Of a DNA stretch of 49,436 nucleotides, positions 7,897-16,476 are shown one piece after another. A model generated the notes under the pieces. That model was given only the letters and a program-made list of their open reading frames with translations, was not told the DNA's origin and did no database searches. How positions within the stretch are numbered: the stretch's first letter is position 1; each line of letters begins with the position of its first letter. Location: the NCBI GenBank assembly GCA_020429585.1, contig JAGQLE010000001.1, positions 1 to 49,436 of the forward strand, read 5' to 3'. A program made the position numbers and the translations under genes. The DNA is from Candidatus Berkelbacteria bacterium (GTDB lineage Bacteria > Patescibacteriota > UBA1384 > JACPKC01).

Positions 7897-7908
7897 GATC
7901 TAATGCCT
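7881..7908. repeat. inverted heptamer tract (AATGCCT-type), right flank of the decayed cassette
   Basis: aatgcct actgcct aggatct aatgcct is the reverse complement of the left-flank AGGCATT units. The metG ATG (7903) lies inside the last unit. Confidence 0.65.
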
Positions 7909-9312
7909 CAATCGAAATTCTATATCACTACGCCAATTTACTACGCTAACGACAAGCCGCATGTTGGTCATGCTTATACGACGGTTGCGGCTGATGTCTT
8001 AGCTCGCTATTGGCGGGAGAAATTAGGCAAAGACAATGTCTTTTTCTTGACTGGAACTGATGAGCACGGTCAAAAGATTGCCGAAGCAGCCGAGCGGTCT
8101 GGACAACAGCCGGATCAATTTGTCGACTCATTAATGCCGGCTTTTCAGGAGAGGTTTGCGGCTTTAAATGTCAGCAATGATATTTTTATGCGCACCACTA
8201 AGCGTGGCCATATCAAGTTTGCTCAGGAGTTTTTAGCCGAGCTTAAGGCCCGGGGTTATATTTATAAGGGTGAATACGAAGGCATCTATTGCGTTGGTGA
8301 CGAGGCTTATATCGCCGAGAGCGACTTAGTTGACGGCAAGTGTCCGCATCACCCCAACCTTACTCCTGAAAAACGCCAAGAAGAAAACTACTTTTTTAAA
8401 TTTACGGAATTTGCTCCTCGAATTAAGGAGCTGATTGAATCTGGCGAGTTAGAAGTGAGGCCAGAAGCCCGGCGTAATGAGGTCTTGGCTCGCTTAGGTG
8501 GCGACTTGCACGATCTTTCAATTTCTCGGCCAGGTTTAGAGTGGGGTGTGCCAGTACCCTGGGATGATTCTCATACAATGTATGTTTGGGTGGAGGCGCT
8601 TTTAAATTATGCCTCAGCTCTCGAGATCGAGTCACTGCCTAGTTTGTGGCCACCCGATGTCCAGTTAATGGCTAAAGATATTTTATGGTTTCATGCCGCG
8701 ATTTGGCCGGCTCTTCTCTTGGCCAATGAGCGAACTTTGCCAAAAACGATTTTTGCCCACGGCTTTTTTACGATCGACGGGCAGAAAATGAGTAAAACTT
8801 TAGGCAACGTAATTGATCCGGCCGAGCTGGTTGAGGAATACGGATCTGATGCGACCCGTTATTTTCTTTTATCAGCGGTGCCATTTGGCAATGATGGCGA
8901 TTTGGCGGCGAGTCGGTTTGCCGAAATTTACGAGGCCGATTTGGCTAACGGCTTGGGTAACCTTTTAAATCGAACGGTCACAATGCTTAATCGGGCGGAG
9001 TTAAAACTAGCGACTAAGCCAACAAGTTTTACCGAGGTTGAGCAGGCGATTGAAAATTTGGAGTTCGACAAGGGCTTAAAACTTATTTGGGACGTGGTAC
9101 GCGAGGCCAATAAAGATCTGGAGGTAGCCGAGCCCTGGAAACTGATTAAGGATACAGAAAACAGGGAGCAGCTCGAGCAGGTTTTGGGCAGGGCCTTTGG
9201 TCAGCTCGAGAAAATCGCGGCTGGCCTTAAGGTCTACTTGCCAGAAACTTCGGCAAAGATTGTGCATCAGCTTGAGACAGGCAAGGCCGAGTCGTTGTTT
9301 CCGCGGCAGTAG
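7903..9312 (+). CDS. metG: methionine--tRNA ligase (short form)
   Basis: TTPIYYANDKPHVGHAYT (HIGH-type) and KMSKTLGN motifs. Confidence 0.95.
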   Translation: MPQSKFYITTPIYYANDKPHVGHAYTTVAADVLARYWREKLGKDNVFFLTGTDEHGQKIAEAAERSGQQPDQFVDSLMPAFQERFAALNVSNDIFMRTTKRGHIKFAQEFLAELKARGYIYKGEYEGIYCVGDEAYIAESDLVDGKCPHHPNLTPEKRQEENYFFKFTEFAPRIKELIESGELEVRPEARRNEVLARLGGDLHDLSISRPGLEWGVPVPWDDSHTMYVWVEALLNYASALEIESLPSLWPPDVQLMAKDILWFHAAIWPALLLANERTLPKTIFAHGFFTIDGQKMSKTLGNVIDPAELVEEYGSDATRYFLLSAVPFGNDGDLAASRFAEIYEADLANGLGNLLNRTVTMLNRAELKLATKPTSFTEVEQAIENLEFDKGLKLIWDVVREANKDLEVAEPWKLIKDTENREQLEQVLGRAFGQLEKIAAGLKVYLPETSAKIVHQLETGKAESLFPRQ

Positions 9313-9322
9313 ATTTTTAATC

Positions 9323-10129
9323 ATGAGGCTAATCGATACCCACACCCATCTTAACGATCAAAATTTTTCTCTGCCGATTGAACAAACGATCAAAAATGCT
9401 CAGGCGAACGGCGTAGAAAAAATAATAGTTCCTGGTGTGGATTTAGAAAGCTCGCATCGGGCCATTACTTTAGCCGAAAAATACGAGCAAATTTACGCTG
9501 CCATTGGGATTCATCCGCACGACGTTTTAATGACCGACCATGACCTCGACCAGGCGATTATTGATATTCGTAAATTAGCCCAAGGTAGCGATCGGGTGGT
9601 GGCAATTGGTGAGGTTGGGATCGACTATCATCATCACGATTCGGCGGGAACAGGAGCGGTCCAGCGCGAGGCTTTTGTGCGCCAGCTTTTATTGGCAATC
9701 GAACTGGATTTACCGGCGATCGTTCATGGCCGCAAGGCTTACGATGAGGTTGTTGGGGTAATTAAAGATTTTCCTGGTAGTCGGGGTGTTGTCCATAGTT
9801 TTGAGGCCGACTATGAGGTGGCAAAAAAGATTTTAGATGCTGGCTGGCTCATTAGCTTAACCGCGTTAATAACCTACGACGGCTACAATTGGTTGCGAGA
9901 GGTGGTAGCTAAACTACCGCTCGATCGCCTCATGGTGGAGACGGATAGTCCGTATCTGCCGCCGAAAATCGTTAAAACTAACGATAGTCACCTTGGTTCG
10001 CGTGGCCGAACCAATGAACCGGCTAATGTTAAATTGGTTGCCGAGCAATTAGCAACGATCAAAAAAATCTCCGTGGAAGAAGTTGCAGAGACGACTACTC
10101 AAACGGCCCAGGCATTCTTTAAGTTGTAA
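9323..10129 (+). CDS. tatD: TatD family metal-dependent hydrolase/DNase
   Basis: MRLIDTHTHLND..., EVGIDYH, VHSF, VETDSPYL. The start is moved to ATG 9323; the ORF-track extension from 9197 overlaps metG. Confidence 0.9.
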   Translation: MRLIDTHTHLNDQNFSLPIEQTIKNAQANGVEKIIVPGVDLESSHRAITLAEKYEQIYAAIGIHPHDVLMTDHDLDQAIIDIRKLAQGSDRVVAIGEVGIDYHHHDSAGTGAVQREAFVRQLLLAIELDLPAIVHGRKAYDEVVGVIKDFPGSRGVVHSFEADYEVAKKILDAGWLISLTALITYDGYNWLREVVAKLPLDRLMVETDSPYLPPKIVKTNDSHLGSRGRTNEPANVKLVAEQLATIKKISVEEVAETTTQTAQAFFKL

Positions 10130-10256
10130 TAACATTTTAGAACAACTTAAATCAGTTATTGATAAGAGTCTCGAGGAGAAGCTGGAGTCGAAACTCGAGG
10201 AAAAGCTCGAACAATCGGTAGTCAGGAAATAAAAAAAGCCCCCCCTGTTGAGGAGG

Positions 10257-10553
10257 CTACCGGGCGTAGCTCTCTGGCTCCCCGGTTAATAGTTCTAAGA
10301 TCATACTGTCTACCTCGCAGGAGTGAGGTGACAAAATTTTTCTGGTTATCTCGTGTCGCTTGGCGATGGTTATTTGTATTTTTTCGCCTTTCTTCTCGAG
10401 GATGACGAGTTTTAGCTCGGCGGCGTTGAGTTGCCACGCGACTTGTTCTCGTTCGCCGAGAATGGATTGGATTTTGGCATACCGTTTTTTATTCGGGTAA
10501 GCCAGTAAAATAAACACTGACGCGAATCCGGCGATAGCAGCGAGGATTCTCAT
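10257..10553 (-). CDS. hypothetical small membrane-anchored protein
   Basis: 98 aa with an N-terminal hydrophobic helix. Its start overlaps the stop of 10550..10858 (ATGA). Confidence 0.45.
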   Translation of the reverse strand: MRILAAIAGFASVFILLAYPNKKRYAKIQSILGEREQVAWQLNAAELKLVILEKKGEKIQITIAKRHEITRKILSPHSCEVDSMILELLTGEPESYAR

Positions 10554-10858
10554 TTTTCGCCTCCAAAGTGTATTGTCTTGGTAATCTTACCGTCCGAATC
10601 GGTAAAAACGATAACCGTCGGTCGGACAATCGAGAATTGCCTGACTTCTCCTTGTCCGGGCTGGAGGAGTAAGATGTCGATGTTCTTTAAATGCTGGACA
10701 CTCGCCGCCCAGACAGTATTGTCTAGTACGATGAGAGAATCCTTGAGCTGGTAGCCAGTCCGCCGATAAGGACTAACTGTAGCAGCCAGTACAAATATTA
10801 ATAGAATAGCGATGTAGACGGGTAGGATTCTTTCTATAGAGTTCTGCGATTTCTTCAA
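10550..10858 (-). CDS. hypothetical small membrane-anchored protein
   Basis: 102 aa with an N-terminal TM helix (ILPVYIAILLIFVLAA). Coupled to 10257..10553. Confidence 0.45.
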   Translation of the reverse strand: MKKSQNSIERILPVYIAILLIFVLAATVSPYRRTGYQLKDSLIVLDNTVWAASVQHLKNIDILLLQPGQGEVRQFSIVRPTVIVFTDSDGKITKTIHFGGEK

Positions 10859-10987
10859 CTCGAGGCATCCGATCTGTTAAATTTTCTCTTTGACTTAATC
10901 AAAAAGAACCATCACTCTAGCAGTTTTTAGTCCATGATTCAATCGCTAGGCTAGGCAAAGGAAGGCTTTCGGGTGTAGGATGACGCA

Positions 10988-11989
10988 ATGGCAAGATTAA
11001 GACGCCTTAGCATTAAAGGAAGTCCTCGGGAGCTCGGGCGACAATACGGTCAGGCCTTTGCAACCGATATTAGGCGCAATGTACTGGCGATCGATCCGGA
11101 TCAGATTTTGGCCGAGCGCGGCCGGTTGATTCGGCATGCCCTGGCGTTAACGGAGAAGTATTTTCCTCAATATATCGAAGAAATCCGCGGGATTGCGGAG
11201 GGCGCGGAAATGACTTTTTTAAATGTCTTTGTTTATAACTGTCCTGAGATTCGTGGTCAGTTTCGTGGCTGCAGCTCGATTGCAGTTAAAAATAATACTG
11301 ATTTGGCTTTGGCCCATAACGAAGATGGTGACCAGGCGCACTCGCTTAATGATATTGCCTTAATTGAATTTAAAACCGATCAGGCTAATGTTACGGCACT
11401 AACGTATTTGGGTGAGTTGCCGGGCAATGCCTTTGGCTGGAATAATCACGGCTTGTTTTTTACGATTAATGATTTATTGCCGGCTAAAATCAAACTCAAT
11501 CAGGTACCAAGGCACTTTGTTGCTCGGGCCGTTTCGGAATGCCAGTCGGTTGGTGAGGCCGTCAGGCTTTTGGAGTCGGCGTACGATGCGAGCGGGTTTC
11601 ATTATTTTATTGGCTCAACGGTCGACAAACAGATCGTTTCGGTCGAAACGGCCATCGACAAGGTAAGCGTAGTGCCAGTTAGCGAGTTGGCATTCCATAC
11701 TAACCACTATATCCATGCTAATTTTAAAACCCGTAAAAGCCACTCGGGTAAGTCGTCGCGTCTGCGTCTTAAAAGGTTAAAACAATTACTTAAACCGCCG
11801 GTAGAAATTAAAAACCTAAAGAGAATATTAGGTGATCGCAAAAACGCCCCATGGTGTATTTATCCGGGCGACAATGATGCCAATCGGACCTTGGCGGCGG
11901 TAATAATCAACCTTAATCCGCCCCAGGTCAAAGTTTATGCTGGTGGAGTTAAAAACCAAAAACCGCTTAAATTACCGCTTTTTTATTAA
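10988..11989 (+). CDS. C45 family peptidase / acyl-CoA:6-APA acyltransferase-like Ntn hydrolase
   Basis: RELGRQYGQAF..., EIRGIAEGA, GCSSIAV...LAHNEDG are typical of peptidase C45. Confidence 0.7.
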   Translation: MARLRRLSIKGSPRELGRQYGQAFATDIRRNVLAIDPDQILAERGRLIRHALALTEKYFPQYIEEIRGIAEGAEMTFLNVFVYNCPEIRGQFRGCSSIAVKNNTDLALAHNEDGDQAHSLNDIALIEFKTDQANVTALTYLGELPGNAFGWNNHGLFFTINDLLPAKIKLNQVPRHFVARAVSECQSVGEAVRLLESAYDASGFHYFIGSTVDKQIVSVETAIDKVSVVPVSELAFHTNHYIHANFKTRKSHSGKSSRLRLKRLKQLLKPPVEIKNLKRILGDRKNAPWCIYPGDNDANRTLAAVIINLNPPQVKVYAGGVKNQKPLKLPLFY

Positions 11990-12946
11990 TTACTCGGTGA
12001 ATATTTGTGTATAGGTGGCGCCATAGAGGCCGTTTCTTACGACGCCGATGCCAATATGGCCGAAATCTTCGGCTAAAATGTTATCCCGATGGCCGGGTGA
12101 GTCCATTAGGCCTTGGTGAGCGATGGTGGTCGAGGGAGCGACCGCCAGGTTTTCGCCGGCGACTAGGTATTTAATGCCAGCTTGGCGGATTCGGTCGAAG
12201 GGGTCGGCGCCGTCGGGGTTGATATGGGCAAAGTAATGGCGCCGCCACATGTCCATACTATGAAGGCGTCCAACTTCGGCCAGGTCCTCGCGCCAGATTA
12301 GTGGCTCAAGGCCAACTTTAGCTCGTTCGCGATTGACTAGCTTAACCATTGTCAGCTCTGCCGCATAGTCGATTTTGAGCTCGACAACTGGGACGTCGAG
12401 CTCGACCGGATCATCATCGATTTCGGTTGTGGTTATAAACTGTTGGCTTTCGTAGATTGCCGGCTCGATAATTTGAGCAAAAGCCTGTTCGAGCCGGGGA
12501 TTGCTGGTAACTAAAAGCGGAGACAGGCGCGAGTTAAGAATCCCAGTTCGCACAAAAGGCAGGGCAGGGAGAAACAAGAGAAGATTGATGATTAGGGCTA
12601 GGCTGGCCAACTGCTTAACTAGATTGATAATGATGCCCCCGGCTCGAGAAGAATCATTAAAGTACTGTTTTTTAGAGTAGTGATTAACTAATCGCTTGGC
12701 GCCGATTCTTAAAATTGTATTTAAAATAATAAAGACGAAGATAAAACCAACAAAGGGTTGTAAGCCAGCCGATAGGCCGAATAACCAGCCAAAGACATCA
12801 CCAAAGAAAGTAAAGCCAAAGTAGGCGGCGGTAATACTAATTACAAAGGCGATCGAGTCGAGAATCGTAATATAAAATCCAGCCCGCCAACCGTCAAAAA
12901 TGGCTAACAGGATAAAAAAGACGATAATGACATCGATAAAGTTCAT
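11990..12946 (-). CDS. CvpA-like membrane domain fused to a CAP/SCP (YkwD-like) extracellular domain
   Basis: N-terminal MNFIDVIIVFFILLAIFDGWRAGF plus further TM helices. C-terminal VNRERAKVGLEPL...HSMDM...YFAHINPDG...GENLA...SPGHRDNIL. Confidence 0.75.
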   Translation of the reverse strand: MNFIDVIIVFFILLAIFDGWRAGFYITILDSIAFVISITAAYFGFTFFGDVFGWLFGLSAGLQPFVGFIFVFIILNTILRIGAKRLVNHYSKKQYFNDSSRAGGIIINLVKQLASLALIINLLLFLPALPFVRTGILNSRLSPLLVTSNPRLEQAFAQIIEPAIYESQQFITTTEIDDDPVELDVPVVELKIDYAAELTMVKLVNRERAKVGLEPLIWREDLAEVGRLHSMDMWRRHYFAHINPDGADPFDRIRQAGIKYLVAGENLAVAPSTTIAHQGLMDSPGHRDNILAEDFGHIGIGVVRNGLYGATYTQIFTE

Positions 12947-13001
12947 ATTTTAAGTATATAGGTAAATAGTAAGTAGACAGTAGTAAGTGGTAAGTGTTGA
13001 G
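12947..13001. repeat. solo heptanucleotide tandem-repeat tract (RGTAAGT-type) filling an intergenic region
   Basis: ggtaaat agtaagt agacagt agtaagt ggtaagt gttgagt. Spans exactly from the stop of 13002..13529 to the ATG of 11990..12946, with no SD. Confidence 0.65.
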
Positions 13002-13529
13002 TTATCGCCTGGAAAGCGCAAGTGCCGAGATCAGGCTTAAAAGTAAAATAATTAACCAGCTCCAAGCAAAAAAGTTTTCCGGGTAGACTTGGATTAAAAG
13101 ATGTTGACTGGGATCAAGTAGCCAGCTGTCGTTGGTAAAGACGATTTTGTGTAGGGTCGTAAAGCTAGCGGTAAAAGATGTTGCCGAGACAAGGCCGACG
13201 ACGGCAATCAGCCAAGCCGAGTAGGTGGCAATTTGCCGGGTTTGATTTTTGACAAACCAGATCAGACCCGCTGAGAGCAGGCCTAATAACCAGACAATTG
13301 TCCGAACATCTTGCATATGGTCGACCTCCAAAGTCGTTAACTGACTTAAATTGCTAAGCCCGAAAAAGAATTTGAAAACCGACCAATCGAGGTTATAAGC
13401 AGTTTTAATTAGATCATTGGCGTGGACTAATTTAAAGATAAGCCAATGCAAAGGCGAAAAGATGAAGAGGCAGAAGGTCCAAAAGGATAAGGTTGAGATA
13501 CTAAGGGCAATAGATTTTAGAAAATTCAT
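13002..13529 (-). CDS. integral membrane protein, possibly DUF1461/TIGR01906 (Lit-like) family
   Basis: 175 aa with about 5 TM segments. The EVDHMQDVRTIV motif resembles the conserved E..HM.DV of DUF1461. Confidence 0.5.
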   Translation of the reverse strand: MNFLKSIALSISTLSFWTFCLFIFSPLHWLIFKLVHANDLIKTAYNLDWSVFKFFFGLSNLSQLTTLEVDHMQDVRTIVWLLGLLSAGLIWFVKNQTRQIATYSAWLIAVVGLVSATSFTASFTTLHKIVFTNDSWLLDPSQHLLIQVYPENFFAWSWLIILLLSLISALALSRR

Positions 13530-13632
13530 AGACTAAGTATAATTTGTTTTTTAAAAAAGAACTTAATCCTGATCTGTTAGTTGTTCGCTAGAAATTAATT
13601 GGTCAAAATGCAGCTTAAATCGGGTTGTACCT

Positions 13633-13661
13633 TTGAGATTTGTATTGAATTTATCTATAAT
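13633..13661 (+). promoter_or_regulatory. promoter TTGAGA-17-TATAAT upstream of mnmA
   Basis: TTGAGA at 13633-13638 and TATAAT at 13656-13661. The ATG at 13670 is only 8 nt past the -10 box, with no SD. Confidence 0.45.
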
Positions 13662-13669
13662 TACCCGTT

Positions 13670-14755
13670 ATGAAAAAGGTTTTAGTTGGTTTGAGTGGCG
13701 GGGTCGATTCGGCGGTCTCGGCGGCACTCCTGAAGGAGCAAGGCTATGAGGTAGTGGCCGTTTACTTGCGTGCTTGGGATCCACTAACGGCTGACGAGGC
13801 CTTAAAGTCTAACTGTCCTTGGCAGGATGATGTAGCCGATGCTTCTCGAGTAGCTGCTCAGCTCGATATTCCTTTTAGCGTAATTGATGTCCGTGAGGCC
13901 TATCAGGCCAAGGTGACCAAGGTTTTAGAACGGGAGTACGCTGCTGGGCTGACGCCTAATCCGGATATCTTGTGTAATCGGGAAATGAAGTTTGGCCTAA
14001 TGCTGGACTTGGCCGAGGAGCTGGGTTTTGATGCGGTCGCGACCGGTCATTATGCAAGGATTAAATTGCTAGCGACTAAGCATCAAGCAATGCACAATAC
14101 AGAGCTGCATCGCGCTCTCGATACCAAGAAAGATCAAACTTATTTCTTGTGGACCTTAAAGGCAGATCAATTAAAAAGAATCTTTTTCCCTCTCGGTGAG
14201 TTAACTAAATCTCAAGTTAGGAACGAAGCTCTTAAAAGAGGTTTGATAGTGGCGACTAAAAAGGATAGTCAGGGCATTTGTTTTTTAGGGCCGCTTAAAC
14301 TTAGAAGTTATTTGGCGAGTAGGCTAAAAACCAAGCCCGGTATAGTTGTGGACATTGACGGCAATCATGTTGGCCGACATCAAGGAGTTAATCTTTATAC
14401 CTTGGGTCAACGGGATGGCTTAGGGATTTTCGGCGGCCAAGCCAAAAAGTTTTATGTCGTCGACAAAAGCTTTAAAGAAAACATCTTAGTTGTAGGTGAG
14501 CAACCGCCAGAATCAGCCGGATTAACCGCTGGTAATCTTAATTTATTGGAAGATTTAGGGGTCGGTGACCAGCTTGAGGCGCGCATCCGCCATGGTCAAG
14601 AGCCTCAAAAATGCGTTATTAAAGAACTTACTCGGACGGGGGAAATTAGAGTACAGTTTGATACTCCCCAGATCGCTGTCGCTCCTGGCCAATCCGTGGT
14701 ATTTTCTATAGGTACAAAAATTTTAGGTGGCGGAATAATTTCTGCTTCGAACTAA
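13670..14755 (+). CDS. mnmA: tRNA 2-thiouridine(34) synthase
   Basis: KVLVGLSGGVDSAVSAALL (PP-loop), NPDILCN, ATGHYAR, KDQTYFL. Confidence 0.95.
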   Translation: MKKVLVGLSGGVDSAVSAALLKEQGYEVVAVYLRAWDPLTADEALKSNCPWQDDVADASRVAAQLDIPFSVIDVREAYQAKVTKVLEREYAAGLTPNPDILCNREMKFGLMLDLAEELGFDAVATGHYARIKLLATKHQAMHNTELHRALDTKKDQTYFLWTLKADQLKRIFFPLGELTKSQVRNEALKRGLIVATKKDSQGICFLGPLKLRSYLASRLKTKPGIVVDIDGNHVGRHQGVNLYTLGQRDGLGIFGGQAKKFYVVDKSFKENILVVGEQPPESAGLTAGNLNLLEDLGVGDQLEARIRHGQEPQKCVIKELTRTGEIRVQFDTPQIAVAPGQSVVFSIGTKILGGGIISASN

Positions 14756-14756
14756 T

Positions 14757-15959
14757 ATGTTTAAATTTTTTAGAACTCTTTTTATTATTTTAATTAGCTT
14801 TTCGCTTGGGGCCTTGGTATCGATTAAGGTTCTTCAGGATAATCCGGAACTAATAGGGAGTAAGACGCCTTTCTTTGGCCCTGTTGGCGAGTTAATCAAT
14901 ACCACTTTTGGCAAGCCGCGTGACGTTGATTTTGGTCTTTATTGGGATGCTTATTCTAAGATTATGAGCAAATATCCCAAAGAAATTGACCAGCAAGAGC
15001 TGGTTTATGGGGCGATTCGCGGTTCGGTAGCCGCTCTTGGTGACCGCTTTAGCTTGTTTCTTTCGCCGAATGAGGCTGAACGGTTTTTTGAGGATATCAA
15101 CGGTGAGTTTAGCGGCATTGGCGCGGAGTTGACCCAGGAGGGTGACCTGTTTTTGGTTGTTGCGCCTTTAGCCGGCTCGCCCGCCGAACAGGCCGGGCTT
15201 AAGGCTCAGGATGTAATTGTTAGCGTTGATGGTAAAGAGGCGACTGAGTTTAAATTTGGCGAGTTGATTAATGCGATTCGCGGACCAAAGGGTAGTCAAG
15301 TAGTGCTGGGCGTTTTTCGGGAAGGCTTTGATGAGCCGCAAGACTTTACTATTACCAGGGATACAATCGAAATCGAATCCCTTCGATATGAGCAGCGCGA
15401 TGACGGCTTGGCCTATGTAAAACTAATCCAATTTTCTGACGATACAACTACTGAATTAGAGAAGGTAGTTGGCCAGATCAAGGAAAGTGGTGCTAAAGGC
15501 TTAATCCTAGATCTGCGTAATAATCCCGGCGGTTTCCTTGATACTTCGATTGAAATTTCATCTTTCTTTATTGATAAAGGTCCAGTTGTAATCGAGGAGC
15601 GCAAGGGCGGCGAGCGCGAGGTCTTTAAGGTAAATCACGAACCAATTCTTAAGGATTTTCCAACCGTTGTTTTGGTTAACGGTGGTTCGGCCTCAGCGTC
15701 GGAAATCCTAGCTGGAGCCTTGCAGGATACAGGTAAAGCCACTTTAGTCGGTACGCAAACTTTTGGTAAGGGATCGGTTCAGGAGGTTGAAAGTCTTGAG
15801 GACGGCTCAGCCCTCAGGCTAACAGTTGCCAAATGGCTTACTCCGAAAGAGCGCGAGATTAACGGCGAAGGCATTGCCCCAGATATTGTCATTGATGAGG
15901 AAATTACTGCCGACAATGACCCTCAGCTTAATAAGGCCGTCGAACTGTTGTTGAAGTAG
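14757..15959 (+). CDS. S41 family C-terminal processing peptidase with PDZ domain
   Basis: PAEQAGLKAQDVIVSVDG (PDZ), LDLRNNPGG, GGSASASEILAGALQD, TFGKGSVQ. Confidence 0.9.
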   Translation: MFKFFRTLFIILISFSLGALVSIKVLQDNPELIGSKTPFFGPVGELINTTFGKPRDVDFGLYWDAYSKIMSKYPKEIDQQELVYGAIRGSVAALGDRFSLFLSPNEAERFFEDINGEFSGIGAELTQEGDLFLVVAPLAGSPAEQAGLKAQDVIVSVDGKEATEFKFGELINAIRGPKGSQVVLGVFREGFDEPQDFTITRDTIEIESLRYEQRDDGLAYVKLIQFSDDTTTELEKVVGQIKESGAKGLILDLRNNPGGFLDTSIEISSFFIDKGPVVIEERKGGEREVFKVNHEPILKDFPTVVLVNGGSASASEILAGALQDTGKATLVGTQTFGKGSVQEVESLEDGSALRLTVAKWLTPKEREINGEGIAPDIVIDEEITADNDPQLNKAVELLLK

Positions 15960-15971
15960 TTTTGAGCTCGG

Positions 15972-16000
15972 TTGCCTATTGGCTGAAGCCTCTATAAAAT
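15972..16000 (+). promoter_or_regulatory. candidate promoter TTGCCT-17-TAAAAT upstream of rplI
   Basis: TTGCCT at 15972-15977 and TAAAAT at 15995-16000. SD GGGAGAG lies before ATG 16019. Confidence 0.4.
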
Positions 16001-16018
16001 AACTTTGAAGGGAGAGCT

Positions 16019-16456
16019 ATGAAAGTTCTACTTATTGACGCAGTACCTAAGTTAGGTTTGCCGGGGGATGTAAAAGTTGTTAAAGACGGCTATGCCAGGA
16101 ACTTTTTGTTTCCTAATAACTTAGCCATGCTTGTTAATGATCCCAAGGCCAGACAGGCTAAAGGCAGCCTGGCTCAAAATCGGGAAAATGCTCTAAAGGC
16201 CCAAAAAGAGATGGCCGAGTCGTCCAAAGCTTGGGCAGGCAAAGAGGTTGAGCTCAAGGCCAAAGCTACATCAAATGGGACTTTATTTGGGGCGATTACT
16301 GACCGCGATGTTGCCGAAAAGCTCGAGCTTGAACGCAAGCGGGTTAAGATGCAGCCAGTTAAATCGATTGGCGAATACGAGGCAATTATCGACCTTGGCC
16401 AAGGTGTTGATGTTCGCGTTAAGGTAAAAGTTGTGGCTGAGGCTAAAATTAAATAA
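16019..16456 (+). CDS. rplI: 50S ribosomal protein L9
   Basis: MKVLLIDAVPKLGLPGDVKVVKDGYARNFLFPNNLA. Confidence 0.93.
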   Translation: MKVLLIDAVPKLGLPGDVKVVKDGYARNFLFPNNLAMLVNDPKARQAKGSLAQNRENALKAQKEMAESSKAWAGKEVELKAKATSNGTLFGAITDRDVAEKLELERKRVKMQPVKSIGEYEAIIDLGQGVDVRVKVKVVAEAKIK

Positions 16457-16476
16457 TTTTTTAGGAGGGATAACCA

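Noticed and set aside
9197-9322. Long N-terminal extensions offered by the ORF track (TatD from 9197, tsf from 33654, rsmI from 6429, Ku from 41027, gatB from 26841, the 150-aa ORF from 25988)
   Set aside because: The extensions overlap the preceding conserved gene in another frame and are Arg/Lys/Ser-rich. Conserved family N-termini begin at the internal ATGs (9323, 33765, 6453, 41057, 26862, 26015), usually behind an SD or an overlapping stop/start.
10141-10220. Imperfect tandem repeat CTCGAGGAGAAGCTGGAGTCGAAA / CTCGAGGAAAAGCTCGAACAATCG downstream of tatD, read as a possible small coiled-coil ORF (..LEEKLESKLEEKLEQ..)
   Set aside because: The frame has no start codon after the tatD stop and no SD. 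It is probably a remnant or non-coding spacer.
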